Under the pieces are notes generated by a model. The model searched no databases, was not told the DNA's origin, and saw only the letters and a list, made by a program, of their open reading frames with translations. DNA of 64,000 bases from Epiperipatus broadwayi (lineage: Eukaryota; Animalia; Onychophora). Every line of letters begins with the position of its first letter. Position 1 is the stretch's first letter. Location of the stretch: the NCBI GenBank assembly GCA_028023455.1, contig JAQFVV010000008.1:1612001-1676000 (forward strand). Direction: 5' to 3'. Positions 1 through 13,400 of the stretch are shown here, in pieces. The translations under genes were made by a program, and so were the position numbers.

Positions 1-1384
1 TATATAAAATCTTTCCTTAATGTGGTACAAATGTAAATGCCAAAATTATATCCAATTACTTCAAACTCTGTAAGCATGGATAGACAATAACATTTCCAAT
101 AAAATTATTTACTATATCTTTATTTAATTTACTGATTAAAAAATAGGTAAATTGTTGATTTGGATTATGACATCTTTTCCACTAATGATGAAAGCTGTAT
201 TATATTACATTCATTTTTTTTATTTTTATTCAATGCATTAAACTTATATGACTGAGATTATCTTAGAACCCCCACCCCCCTTTAGCATCCTTAATTAATA
301 TAGTCATATGGCTGTCTTGGGTAGGGTATAGACCATCTGCCCGAAAGAAAAATTCTAAGCATATTTGTGAGCTAGAAATATTTTAAAATTTTATGCAATT
401 CAAATTTGAACCTTTGGCCATGAGTATATCATGTGAGTGAATTAAAAAGTAAATCACAATATTCTTCCAATTATTGATTTATCAAGTGTAAAGTTGATTA
501 GAAAAAAACAATGTAAGAAAGATGAATTTTCAAAAAACTATTTTATATCCAGATTGTTATAATATACTCAGAGTGTGTTATATTTAGGCACAAAATGTTC
601 TTTGAAATAGTCAACTACATTTTTTTTTTTTCCAAATGGGATCTAGAAAGATAACAGAATTTATTTGGTGTTATTTTTTTAATTGTATTATTATTTTTTC
701 CATGTCATTCTTCTATTTGTATTATAAATTATTTATATGGTATGTTTTCGATAGTCATTATCAACATTTATTTTATAATGTGATTTGATTATAACTATAA
801 AAGAAGAAATATTTCATCAGCAATAAATTATCAAGATTTTTGCTATAAATAAATTTGATTGATTAAAAGTTCTGAGTTTTTTAGAATTTAAAATTAAATT
901 GATCATGGAATCTTCTAATGACATAACCTACTACTAGTATCTGTTATAATTACATTTGTTAAAAATTTACAATTTAGTATTGTAAATGATTAGGGAAAAT
1001 TGTGATACCAGAAATCACCAAAAAGGTTGAATGAAGATTTTAATTAATAAGACTGTAGTTATCAATTTAAAATAAATTACTGGTTATATGCTATTAGTCA
1101 AGTTATCCATTTGTTTTTGTTTTTTTAGGTGATTCACATATATACATTTGCATATGTATTATGAATGAGCTGTATATTAAAACATTTAATTATGATGTAA
1201 TCATCAGCATAAGCCATTTTTAAATGAATATGACCATTCTAATTCCAAAGGAGGGGGGAGGGAACTATTCTATAAATGTTTTACAATGACTATACAAATC
1301 GCTCTGTGAACCACAAATGCTTCGGTTTATAGAATGTGCTGATCCATTTTTTTATGTTTGTATTATGTGGTACTGTCTTTTAAA

Positions 1385-3290
1385 TTTGTTTGCAGAAAAC
1401 TTCTTTATGAAATATTTCAGCACCATAACTAATTGTAGTTCTCCATTAGTTTTCTATTTTATTCTATATATTCCCAATGAAAATAATTAACATTATCTTT
1501 TTTTGAATATCTTTGATATAATCCATATAACATAATAGCTCTCTTTAACTCATCTTGCAACATTTTTTTTTTCTGAAATATTTCAATACCATACCTAATT
1601 GTAGCTCTTCAAAATGTATTCTCTCCCAGATTTCTTCAATGAAAATAATTAACATTGCACTTCTTTCAAATAGCTTTGAGATAATTCTTATAATGCATAT
1701 GGGACCTATTTCTCCCATGAAAATCATGCTCAAATCTACCATAAAACATCTTTTTATATCTTGTAATGTCTCATATTGTTCATTTGTTTCATTTATCTAA
1801 TCCAATGAAGAAGTGATTTTATAATATTGGACTCTATAATATCATATCCAACAAGTTAAAGGACCTGTCAATTCTTCTTATGATCTTGAAAATTTTTGGG
1901 AGCATTCTCAAATGAAACTTTTTAAATTCCTTTATTTTACTTTGAAAGGGGATCTGAACCTCATTTTCATTAGTTTTAGTACTTATTTCCTTAAGATAAA
2001 ATACCCTATCTTTTAACTTTGTTTAAAGCAAGAGCAGCATATTAATGTCTGCATGCACCTCAACATCTAAGTCCACCTTCTACTTAAAAAAACCTAACAA
2101 GATATTTAAATTTGTTTACATTTTTAAATTGATAATCATCCAAACTAAAAGTGTTAAGGATTTTTTTTCTTTCTATGATTGACTGATAAGTAATTTAAGA
2201 TTTTTGAATATTAATTGTTAAACCAGAATTTTTATATATTGCAAACAAAACATTAAATATATTCTGTAGATTTTCCTGGAAAAATAGCACAATCATTAAT
2301 ATACTATAAATCCAGAATCAAGAAGATGAAGTTCTTGTTTTCACTTTAATCAGTTCAAATTAAAAAATTCTGTCGTCAAATGTGTATTGCAATCTTGATC
2401 CCTGATTCACTAAACTGCTTTAGAAACAGTTCGTATACAGTGTTTGAGCAAGTATATATCTTTGTTTAACATCAGTTTTTATTTTAAATGTCTCAGATTT
2501 TCATCTGGAATAATAATGCTTCCAAGTATTCCATCATTTAGAATTTTTATGATATGAATAAACTTTGGTGGGCAATCAACTAATTTCAATTAGTACCATA
2601 GACCTGTTGGATTGTTTGAGTCAAATGCCTTGACCAAGATAATAAATCTTTTTTTTAAAAAATACTTTTTTTGCATTTGCCTGGCAACATAGACCATGTT
2701 TATAGTACTAATTGAATCTCTGGTTAACATTCATTTATTGAATAAAATTCTTGAAAATATCTTTGGTCACTGTGGATAATAATCATAATCTTGTCTATTC
2801 TCATTAAAATTGGAATAATAGAAGTATCCTTAAGGTGGCACAATTTAATGAGTCTATATACTTTTAAAAATGTTTACTTTTTTGAAACTTTTTTATTACC
2901 ACTATATTTTGAAATTTCTTCAGGTATCTCATCAGTCTTTGTATTTTTAAGATTACAAAAAGTTGATTTGTCTTCAATAAGCTGGATATCTTTGTTCAAA
3001 TCTAAATGAGTAGATAAAATGGATAAATCATTAAAAGCTATTATCTCAATTCTTGTATCATTATTCAGATGATCAAAATTCTCCTTCCATATACATGTTT
3101 AAAATATTCTTATCGTATAAAGGAGTGCCTTTGCTGCATTTAATTGCAGAAAATATTATATGTTTTTTAATCACTGTTATTAAAAAAAACATTTTTTTTT
3201 TTTTTAAGAAAGCTAAGAATAGATTAACTTGTATCCATAGCATACTCTTAAGAGAATTCTATTAAGATGATTATCCTGAAAATGGAGCTG
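1385..3290 (-). mobile_element. Decayed RTE-clade non-LTR retrotransposon (RT domain and C-terminal region, many stops/frameshifts)
   Basis: Manual minus-strand translation across frames gives RTE-type RT blocks in the right order: KIFSRILFNK, LVKAFDSNNPTGLWY*LKLVDCPPKFIHIIKILNDG (cf. KAFD..GLW..L.K.GCP.KF), TDVKQRYILAQTLY (cf. GVKQGCVLAPTLF), FHLRMLPKIFKI, and YKKMFYG...HYKNYLKAI*KKCNVN (cf. PK.LFYGEL...RYKD.LK..LK.C.I). Boundaries approximate. Confidence 0.7.
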
Positions 3291-5781
3291 TTGAAATTTA
3301 GCAATTAAAGAAGGAACATCAATTTTCTTTCATATAGATCTGGAATAAGATATTTTTAATGAAGTTACCATTTTAATTTTGGAGTGTAGTAATCTATGAT
3401 TCATCCAACAATCTATAATTGAAAGTGCTTATATAATATGAATTCTTCTTTAATTCTTACTATTATTATTTAATTAAAAACAAATTTATAAAATAAATAA
3501 ATAAATATGAAGATCTTTAATTTGAAACATATCTAAATAATTATTTAAAAAGTGTATATAATTATTGTTTTTTGTTAAAGATTTTACTTAAAATATAAAA
3601 AATAATAATATGGATTCTTATATTCTGACTCCTAATTATCCTAAAATCTATTAAATGCTATTATTTTTGAGCATGGATGTATTCATGATTTTGTAGTAAT
3701 TTTTCTGCCTAAAAAGAAGTTTGTGATAATCACTCCATATATTCAATAACAGTAGACAAGTTAAATTTACAGAACCAATATTATTATTTCCAGCAACTTT
3801 TTGGTCAAAGTTTACTGTTTGTATCAATACATGCATTAAAGCCTCTAGAAAAAAGATATTTTAATGATATTGCTGTAATAATTCTATCCAGCAAGTAGTA
3901 ATATAAAAAAAAGGGGGGGGGGGGAGTGAGTTCTTTGAATCTAATGTTGGTGTATATGCACTAATAAAATAAGCACTGCTGTCATTGCGCAAACCCCATG
4001 TTTCATTTATGTAGTGAGGGCAAGAATAAATAATATTAAATTAGAATTTTCAACAGATCAATACTATTTATACTTTTTTCCTCTGGTTAATCTGCCCTTT
4101 CAAAAGAACTTGTAGCCATGTTGCTATTATATTAATCTTCCTTCTTCTGGAAGATGAATTTTCTAAAATGTTTACAACTTCATAGCCACTAGTACTGTAA
4201 TCCATTCTGGTCTTGAAGAAGAGTTTATATCAATTAAAATTCCCACACTTTTATTTTTAAAAAAATATTTTTTATACTTATCTTAACTATTATCATTATC
4301 TTTTGCTTTGCCATTTATCATTATCTTTTGCTTTGCCATTTTTATTGCTAAATAGTAATCTGTCAGACACAGCAATGCAGCTAGACTTAGACAGGCCATT
4401 TTTCTAGAATTTTTTATTTCCGTGATAGGCCAGAATATTTTAAATAGGACTACTTAAATATATAAACTTTGCCCAGTTGAAATTCTTGTTGCAAATTCAG
4501 TTCTAACCTGATTCATTAGTGATTGAATTTTGTCTCAAGAAAATCTTTAAAGTTTGTGCATTTTAAAGTTATTGAAAAGGCTTATAAAATAACTTATTGA
4601 ACAAAACAATTGAATGTAATAGGAAAAAGCATGCATTTAGTAAAAATATATTTATTGTACATATAAATTTAAATATAGTGTCTTAAATTTTAGTGTCTAT
4701 TTCAATTTGGCACTTAAGGCAGATGTCTTGCTGTTTCATCTATGAGGCTAACTGAAGGCAAGCTTCTAATTGCTCATAAGTATAACATTCAATATTATAT
4801 ACACATTTTTAGAAATATGTATCCATATACAAAAAATTTATATATTAACAATGGATGACATTTCTCTTAAAACAATTTTGAAACTAAACAGATTATAGTA
4901 AAAAAAAGAAAAAAAAGAAATAAGTTTATTCTAAAATAATTGTATTGAAAAATAAAATACAATATATATAAAGTTTTTATTGCATATATTCAAAAATATT
5001 ATTTATATTTTTATTTTCATTTTAGTACAAGCTTAATTAAAAACGTTTTGAAAAAACTATGCCAAAATCTAAATAATATTAAATATGTGAACTTTTATTT
5101 ATATATATAACTTAATTTACTATATGTAAATAATCAATAAATTTTTCTATAATTTTTATATTTTATTTATTATTTTGTAAAATATATTTAAAAGAAGTTT
5201 ATAAATAATAAAATATGGATTGAATTATTATGAATTTATCTTATATATTTTATAAAATATTTTTGTTGGGTTTATAAAGAGATTAAACTGTTTATTAAAT
5301 ATTATTTTAAGCATTTGTTTAAATTTAATAAAATACAATTAAGAAATAATAATTTCTTAAAATTTAAATATAAAAGAAAATATACAAATAAAATATGGAT
5401 TGAAATGAGTATTATGAATTTATTTTGTTATATGTATAGAATATTTTTGTTGTGTTTATAAAGACAAAATTTTATTTCATTTTAAACATTTATTTGAACT
5501 TATATATAGTATAGGGATTAAAAATGCAAATTTCTTATATGCAAATATATATCTGGATTCAGGTTATAATGACAATAAGAGTTTTTTGGACAATCTCATT
5601 AAATCAGAAATGAAGCTGGTAATGACTGTTAACATTTGATTGCTTTGACACATAATAATTACTGATTCAAAACAAAGCAAAACTCTCTATACAGTAATCC
5701 CATCTTGTGCCAACAAGAGCAATCAATGGATGCCAGAAGGCTTGTGCATAAAATCCCTATTTAGTGCCTATTCATCCAATA

Positions 5782-5823
5782 TCCCCAGACTAGTTTCTGG
5801 CTTGTGGCCTTTGTCAGTGAGGA
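5782..5823 (-). ncRNA. Second, mutated copy of the same hammerhead motif (core CTGACAA)
   Basis: Reverse complement reads TCCTCA-CTGACAA-AGGCCACAAGCCA-GAAACTAGTC-TGGGGA; the G8 position of the core is A, so probably inactive. Confidence 0.6.
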
Positions 5824-6472
5824 GCCTTGGATCTGAGAGCACAGCACCTAGATCTTAGGATCTAATGCAACCCTCCAGCAGCCACATTTTAACTCTACTT
5901 AACTACAAAACTATGAGAATGAAATTGAAAACACAATAATATTTTCAATCCAAGCCCAATAGCTTATATAGTCATATGGGTCTGAACTCAATTCAGCACC
6001 CATACATTTTGGTGTCTTTGGCTCTTTAACAACCATAGCTACCACTATCCTATTAGGTAGGATTGGTGTTAAACCACTAAACATCACATGATCACTATCT
6101 CATACTAGCGCATAATTGTTGGCACAAGATGGCATTACTGTATAGAGAGTTTTGCTTTGTTTTGAATTGTTTAATAACAATTATGTGCTAGTATGAGATA
6201 GTGATCATGTGATGTTTAGTGGTTTAACACCAATCCTGCCTAATAGGATAGTGGTGGCTATGATTGTTAAAGAGCCAAAGACACCAAAATGTATGGGTGC
6301 TGAATTGAGTTCAGACCCATATGACTATATAAGCTATTGGGCTTGGATTGAAAATATTAGTGTGTTTTCAATTTCATTCTCATAGTTTTGTAGTTAAGTA
6401 GAGTTAAAAGGTGGCTGCTGGAGGGTTGCATTAGATCCTAAGATCTAGGTGCAGTGCTCTCAGATCCAAGGC

Positions 6473-6514
6473 TCCTCACTGACGAAGGCCACAAGGCAGA
6501 AACTAGTCTGGGGA
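6473..6514 (+). ncRNA. Type I hammerhead ribozyme motif (minimal, palindromic stem III)
   Basis: TCCTCA-CTGACGA-A-G-GCC-ACAA-GGC-A-GAAAC-TA-GTC-TGGGGA: stem I TCCTCA/TGGGGA (one G-U), core CUGACGA, stem II GCC/GGC, GAAA, GUC cleavage triplet ending at 6508. Confidence 0.75.
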
Positions 6515-9500
6515 TATTGGATGAGTAGGCACTAGATAGGGATTTTATGCACAAGCCTTCTGGCATCCATTGATTGCTCTTGATGGCACAAGATGGCATT
6601 ACTGTATAGAGAGTTTTGCTTTGTTTTGAATTATTTAATAACAATTATGTGCTAGTATGAGATAGTGATCACGTGATGTTTAGTGGTTTAATAATTACTG
6701 ATATGAGTATGTCCTATATCTATCTGTGATTGCATTTTATCGTGAATATCATTTTACATATATTACATACATTAATTACCGTTGTGTGTTCTATGGTAAT
6801 GGCTTGTTATCATGTGAATTATGTTAATTCCTGCTTCTGATCATGAACAAAGTAAATGCTTTTATGTAAGACCAAGTCTTATATGTTTTGTTAGCTGCTG
6901 AAAGCATTTGGATTAACTCTCTGAATATTACAATTAGTTTGATTGTTTATTTACAAGAAAACCAATGAATGATTATTTCTTAAAATCTCAGAGTCCACTT
7001 TCTGTGATAGGTTGATTTATTTTATTTACATAATCCAGACATGTTTCTTTACTGAATAGTTAGACAGGACAATTGTCAACAATTTTATTTTTGATGCTTA
7101 AAGCATTGTTTTGTCTTTTTTAAAAAAGTACCTTTCAGATGATTCTATAAGCAAACTTGACTTTTCAAATATACCATAGAATATATTAAGGAAAAAAGAA
7201 AAATCATAACAGGATCTAGCATTTAATTTTTGATAATGTTTTTATTAGTTCAATATGAAAAGTTATTGTAAAATCTGAAACCTGTAGGTTGAGTTATGAA
7301 AATCGAAAGGTGGTCATCCTATTTTTATTTGGCAAAATAAAATTATAATGATTAATCTTTTTGATTCTGAGGCCATCAATCTTATGAAAACTTTCTTTGG
7401 TATTAAATATAGCTAGTATTTGAAATAAATCATGGGAATGGTTAGTTTGTGATATGTGTGTTAGATTTATTTATTTTCACTTGAGATATATTTGTAATAG
7501 GAAAATCCATAAATGTGTAGATAATTTTAGTATAAGTTTGTTATGATTTCCTATTTTATATCTAGTGTTTATGATAATTTTTTTTTAGAGTCTTTAGTCT
7601 CATACATCTGTAATTTATTATATATATCTTATTGTCAAAATTCATGTAACATCAATTTTATCATTAAAACTTTTATGAAAAATTAACTGCTTCTTTATTT
7701 CAGTTAATCTTCTTTAACAGCACTATCTACAGTGATTTATTTTGATAACTTTATAATTCAGTAGGAAAATATAAAATACTTATTATATATTATTTTTGAT
7801 TTCTGCTAGATTCAGCTACTAAATAAAAATTTTTTTTTATCATTTTGTCATTGTTTGATTTGATTATAAAATTGCTAATATTTAATTACTTTAAAGTTAT
7901 TTCGAAAATCAGACCATTTCTAAAAATTATTTAGCAATATTGTAAATAAACAAAAATAAAACAACCAAAAATGTTAATTAAAATGTAATTATTTGTATTA
8001 TAGCAAATTTCTTTATTAATACATAATCTTTATCCACTTGACTTGGACAAGTTTTTATATATCTGTACTTCTCACTGTTGATCCATAAAGGATATTATAA
8101 GAAAGACAATGTAGAATGTTCTGTATTCATATGGAGTTGACAATTGACAAAATATTTAATTATAATGATCAGATTTTAGGTACTTTATACTGATTTCTGT
8201 TTGGTTACCTATTCATAAACTATTTTAGCTACATAATCCATATATTAAATAAATGAATACAAACTAATGTTAGAATATTTGAACAGTGCTACCTGTGTTT
8301 AGAAACAGAAAGTTTGAATCATTGATGTATTCATATGAATTGTTGCATGAGCTATTCTACAAACATTACTTATTAAACTTAAGGCCTACTGGATATCCAA
8401 TTAGATTATTTAATATATAAATAGTGGTATTTTAAACGAATCAATGTTTTTTTTAGCTGCAGAAGGATTTAGAGAAAAAATTGACCTTTGTCTTTTTATG
8501 ATCTCTGGTAAAATATGATTAATCACAGCCTGATTTCTCAAATTAAAGAAGTTTTACTTCTGATATTTTTGCATTAGGTATTACAATTAGATTGGATTTT
8601 TCACAAAATAAATGGAACACAGAATATTATTTTATTTCTTCTATATTTTTATTACTATATTGAGCTTATTTTAATGGCATAAATAAGATAATGATCAAAC
8701 CTCATATGAGGCTTTACTGATGGAATAATTGCATTTAACTTAAGAAGGCAAGTGGATAATATATATATGCAAGGAATTAATTAATGGATTGAGAAGAAAA
8801 TATTATCTTTACAAAAATTACACATAATTAGGCAGTAATGAAATGGAGTTACTGCAAAACAAAACCCATTATGAATATCTGTCCAGCATTAAGAATTATC
8901 AACAATAAAAAAATGGATTTTTTTCAAAATTTGATAATTCCCATAAAATTCTTACATGATAGATTGGCTTTTAGAACAACATATTTTATCTCTTCCCTGT
9001 TCGGCTATTGCTGTCTTTGCTGCTGGCTTAAATTGGTCACTTTCAACTATTTTGAGTGATTCTTTAATTTAGCTGTTTGCCTGTTATCTTCTTTGATTGC
9101 ATTCTTAACTCTGGCTAATTCTCTCTTGATTTTTTTTTCTGCTTTGAATGCTTTCTTGCCCTTGGTTACTGTCTCGGCTTAGACTGTTTTCTCTATTTTG
9201 ATGATTGTCTTTATACTGGCTGATTTTCCCTATCTATTGATACACAATCAAATTTTAGTTAGCTTTGACATGTGAAAACTTCTTGTCCTCCAATGATTTT
9301 TGCAGTAAACATGCATTAATCAATTGTTTTTTGTATGCAGGGTCAATATTAAACAGTACTATCCTGGAAATTTTATAAATCAATTGTAGCTTTCTTAAGG
9401 CCTTAAGAGTAATATGCATTTCTGTTCATAGAATCCAGGTTTAGCCTGATATGAATACAGGGCCATTATTACTCTGGAAATTCTAATGATCATTCATAAT

Positions 9501-10023
9501 GTTCTTAAGAACTCCATATTAGTATATGTTTGTATTAATATTACTCAACCATTCCCAGCCATTTTGAATATGTATTCAATATAGTTAAGAATAGTTGAAC
9601 CTATCATAGATTTGCATGATTTGTGTATATGCATGACTATTAGTTTTCAGTCTATGCTAGATAGCTGTTGGGTTTTTTACTAGGCATTTTTTTTTTTTTT
9701 AGTTATTTGACGTCAGAAATTTTGTATTCTCATTGAATATCCTAATCAATATTGGGACAACATGAATATGATCAAACTAATATTTTCAGATAAACTATTG
9801 CATGAGGTCTCTTGATTTTGTTTCTTTTGGGGTATTGCTATTCTGAATTTCCATATGATGCAATTTTCAATTATGCTGTCTGAGTCAAAAACATTGTTGC
9901 AACTTATTTTCTGGTCATCCTTACCTTGTCCATCAAATCAACTTTATCCGCCATATTAGTTTTGACAACGTAGGAACCTGTCTGTTCTGAATTTTTACTT
10001 TTTTACTATATCAAAATATATTA

Positions 10024-10472
10024 TATAAAATTAATGTCACGTTATATATGACTTGCTTTTTTGATTATTATAATTTTACCTTTAAGGCTTTGGCTATGCG
10101 GAGACTATTAAAATATGGTAGATCATATAGCTATTTAAGTTAGATAGCTGGATTTAAAGACATTTTTATATCCGAAAATTTCAGAGTTTCTACTTAAATA
10201 TTACGTATGAAATAACTGCTGGGTTTTGAGTTGATATTTTAGATCTAGGGTCCGAATATTCTAGCTCTCCACTGACGTGAGCCATAAGCTTGAAACCAGT
10301 TGGTCTGGAGATGGGATGGTTCTGGATGGAGATTTTAAATATTTTCTTATACCGCACTTATCAATTAAGAGCTTGTTTGACTATTGGTATGCTCTCTGTA
10401 TTACATTTTTGTAAATACAAGCTTATAAAAGTAATGTCACTTTATATATGACTTGCTTTTTTGATTGTTATA
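10024..10472 (+). mobile_element. 400-nt hammerhead-bearing unit with ~48-nt terminal redundancy (retrozyme/pLTR-like), nested in the Gypsy relic
   Basis: TATAAAA.TAATGTCAC.TTATATATGACTTGCTTTTTTGATT.TTATA occurs at 10024-10072 and 10424-10472 (period 400), with a hammerhead motif between the two copies. Confidence 0.6.
10266..10311 (+). ncRNA. Type I hammerhead ribozyme motif (degenerate)
   Basis: TCTCCA-CTGACGT-GAGC-CATAA-GCTT-GAAAC-CAGTTG-GTC-TGGAGA: perfect 6-bp stem I (TCTCCA/TGGAGA), stem II GAGC/GCTT, stem III ACCA/TGGT, GUC triplet; A9 of the core is T. Confidence 0.7.
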
Positions 10473-13400
10473 TCAGTTTTATTGATTTGATCTTTCTCTT
10501 CCTACTGGTTCCCTATGAACATAGATCACAAACTAAATACTGTATATTTAAATAAGATTCTTGGTCTTGCCTATATTCCAGCTTTTTGTTATAGATAAGT
10601 AACATATTGAACCAGTTATCATATTCCTAGGATTTCTGTTAAGAATTTTTGATGTACATTAACAAATTTATTTTTAATATCTGAATCAGCAGGAATTTTC
10701 TGAGTGTAATTGTACTTGGCTCTGGTTAATGGTATGAAAGATGAAGACTGTTTCTAATCTAGTTTGTTTGCAATAGGCAACCATCACCGAAGGAATGACA
10801 TATCACAATGTTTTTTTTTTTAAATATTAAAATATTCTATAGCCGTTTATAATTCTTTGAATGCCCCCCCCCTTTTTTTTTTTTTTCATATTTTTAAATT
10901 GTTTTTATAATCATTTATATCAGAATGATATTAATTTAGTTTTATTCTTAATAAAATTTGTAATTAGTTATTAATTCTAGAAACATTTGAAGTTCTTTGA
11001 TGCTTGATGGTCTTTGGCTTTCAGCTCGACCTTTACCTTATTGTTTCTTTAGTGAATTTCTGCTGCCTAATTTTAAAAAATGCTATTTCTATTTTTTTAA
11101 ACTGATTTTTCTAAATTTGTAGTAGTGTTCTGATTACTAAATTTTCATAGCAGTTTCTTTTGCATTTTCATGCAAACTTATTGAAGATTTTCTGACTTAA
11201 GGTAAGTCAGATATCAGTTACGAATTGGTCTACAAGGTACCGGAATCTGGCTAGAGCTACTGAATATAAATACCAAGCTTTTACCCATGATAATTTTTTT
11301 GTAGGTTATTATTGACTATCTAAAAACTGTTTTTTTTTTATCCATTGGAACTTGCTGATAATCATTTCTCAGATTGAGTTTTGAGAAGTATTTATCTCTG
11401 TGAGTGATCCTACTATTTATTTTATTGATGGCAGTGATAATTATCAATTGACAAAGCATTAGCTGTGTATTCCTAATCTCCACACAGGTGAATATCACCA
11501 TTTTTCTGTATTATAGATATAGGCATTGCCTTTTCAGAATACAGTATATTACTGGTCTAATGAGATCTTTGTTTTGAAGGAGAATTAGTTCTTGCATAAA
11601 GTTGGTAAATGAATGGCCTATTCCTGCAACTGACTAACTGGATATTTATATTCACTATTAAGGATGCAAGGGTCCCTTGGAATTTCTCTCTTTTTTTATT
11701 ACATGAAAATTTCATAATATATCTAAGTGTTCAGTTTGGTTTGCTATGGTAACAGCATATAGGTAAACTTCTTAAGAATCTGTAGCAAAATTTTATGATT
11801 ATGGTTGAGATAAAAAAATAAGGGTACTCTATCTTCCACCTTACTTGTTTAGCTGAGATAAAATGTCCTTTTTATCCTCCATCCCATCTCTTGACATTTA
11901 CAGTTATCTTATCTAAAAAAGGCATTTTATTGATACTCTTTATGAACTGTCAAATTCTTTTTGAAATTATGGGAATTGCAGATCACAAAAGTTCCATATC
12001 TACTATTTTTACTGTGAACTTTGATCAAGTTTTAAATTTTTTATTTTAATCTATTTTGATAATTTCTTCTGTTGGGTTAATTGGGAATGTTTTTTTTTTA
12101 TAAGAATAATCACTTCATGTGGTCGATTTTATTACAGAATCTTCACAATTACTCATGGTTGCACTTTTTTTTTTTTGAAGTTTCCCGTGAAGCAGGTTTT
12201 TGCCATCTGATAATGGATTGGTTTAAAATAATTGCTGTTTCAGTCAGATATTACTTAGGATAATTTCAGATTTAAACATTGTCTCTATCATAAGTGGTTT
12301 AAGATGTAAATTTGACCAGTTCTCACAATTTAATTGTGAACTCCATTGCATTTTTATAATTGCTCTGGCTTCTCGATCTAAATTTGTATTGTAAAAAAAA
12401 TTAATAAAATGGCTTTATTGCTGAGAAGTTTGTAAGAAGTTCGAGCATCAGAAGTAACAGAATTGGATATAATTTGTGAACTGGAAGTTCCAAAGTCTAC
12501 CACTGTAGCACTGCATCAAACTATTTAGAGTAATTTGTATCTTTGAAGAATAGTTAATGACTTGGATGGATCAAAATGTATAATTAAGAATTCTATTATC
12601 TTATCATAAAACCTTTTTGATAGGTGCTTTAACACTGTCTGTTTGGTCCACAGGTACTGGAAATATGATCAACTTTAGCTTCTGTTTGTTCATGTCATTA
12701 GTATTGAAAAAGAATTTGAAACAGTCTTAAGTATACAATCTAATTTTGTGAAATTCTTTCAATGAATCTATCTTAGTTAATTATTTTTATTTATGATATT
12801 AGTAAAAGTTTCGTGGACAAACTTTTTTTCCCAAATAAATTTCACCGTCAGTTGTTGTATTTAACTTATTTAAAATGTGAATAGATAATACTATTTATTT
12901 ATTAATGTATAAGGTATTAACATTAATGGTTTAAGAAATACATGTTTTTATGGTTAATTATACATTGCCTTGGCCTGTATATATACTTACTGCCTAATAC
13001 TAACCTTACATGAATATGTTACTTTTCTAGCAATGAGAATTAACAGAAGAAAGAGATGAATAGCCTTTTGGATTAATTTTTAGGTAGGCAATGGATGTGA
13101 TACTAACATGAACTAGACTAGTAATATTTCTCTAGTAATAAAATTGTAGTGGAACTCTTCACTTTATTTGGTGAATCCCATTGAAGAATTTACTCATTAG
13201 CTTGGCTTTTTACAGCACTCTCATAAATTTTACAACTTGATTTCATTTTTAATTGTAACCCAAACATGCAGGAAATGCTTTGAATCTTGTGTCATTCTCT
13301 TTGACTTTTAGTGTGTTATATATATCAAATATGATTTTCACACACACCCTAAACAACTGTAGAATGAGACATGGTAAACACCAGTCCAAACTTTTTTTGT

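Larger units (their letters stand above)
5667..6688 (+). mobile_element. Non-autonomous hammerhead-bearing Penelope-pLTR/retrozyme-like insertion with fold-back structure
   Basis: Inverted arms 5665-6120 / 6176-6631; internal direct repeat with 464-nt period (6121 vs 6585); exact 14-bp direct repeat TAATAATTACTGAT at 5653-5666 and 6689-6702; hammerhead motif in each arm; no ORF of recognisable homology. Confidence 0.8.
9000..12760 (-). mobile_element. Decayed Ty3/Gypsy LTR retrotransposon gag-pol (gag, RT, RT/RNase H junction, integrase remnants)
   Basis: Minus-strand motifs in gag-RT-IN order: ISSTCGP..VLKHL..YDKIIEFLIIHFDPSK (~12560-12680), DKYFSKLNLRNDYQQVPMD (ORF 11316-11501; cf. YFSKLDL..GY.QVPM), ELQMFLELITNYKF (~10960-11000), FLTILNTYSKWL (~9555-9595) and QSNNGPVFIS (~9450-9480; cf. 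SDNGPQF.S). A possible decayed PBS (AACTGACGGTGAA on the - strand, ~12841-12853) is weak. LTRs not identified. Confidence 0.75.

Noticed and set aside
8458-8510. Possible micro-exon TTTTTAG|CTGCAGAAGG...TCTG|GT (AEGFREKIDLCLFMIS)
   Set aside because: No recognisable homology and such signals are common by chance in AT-rich DNA.
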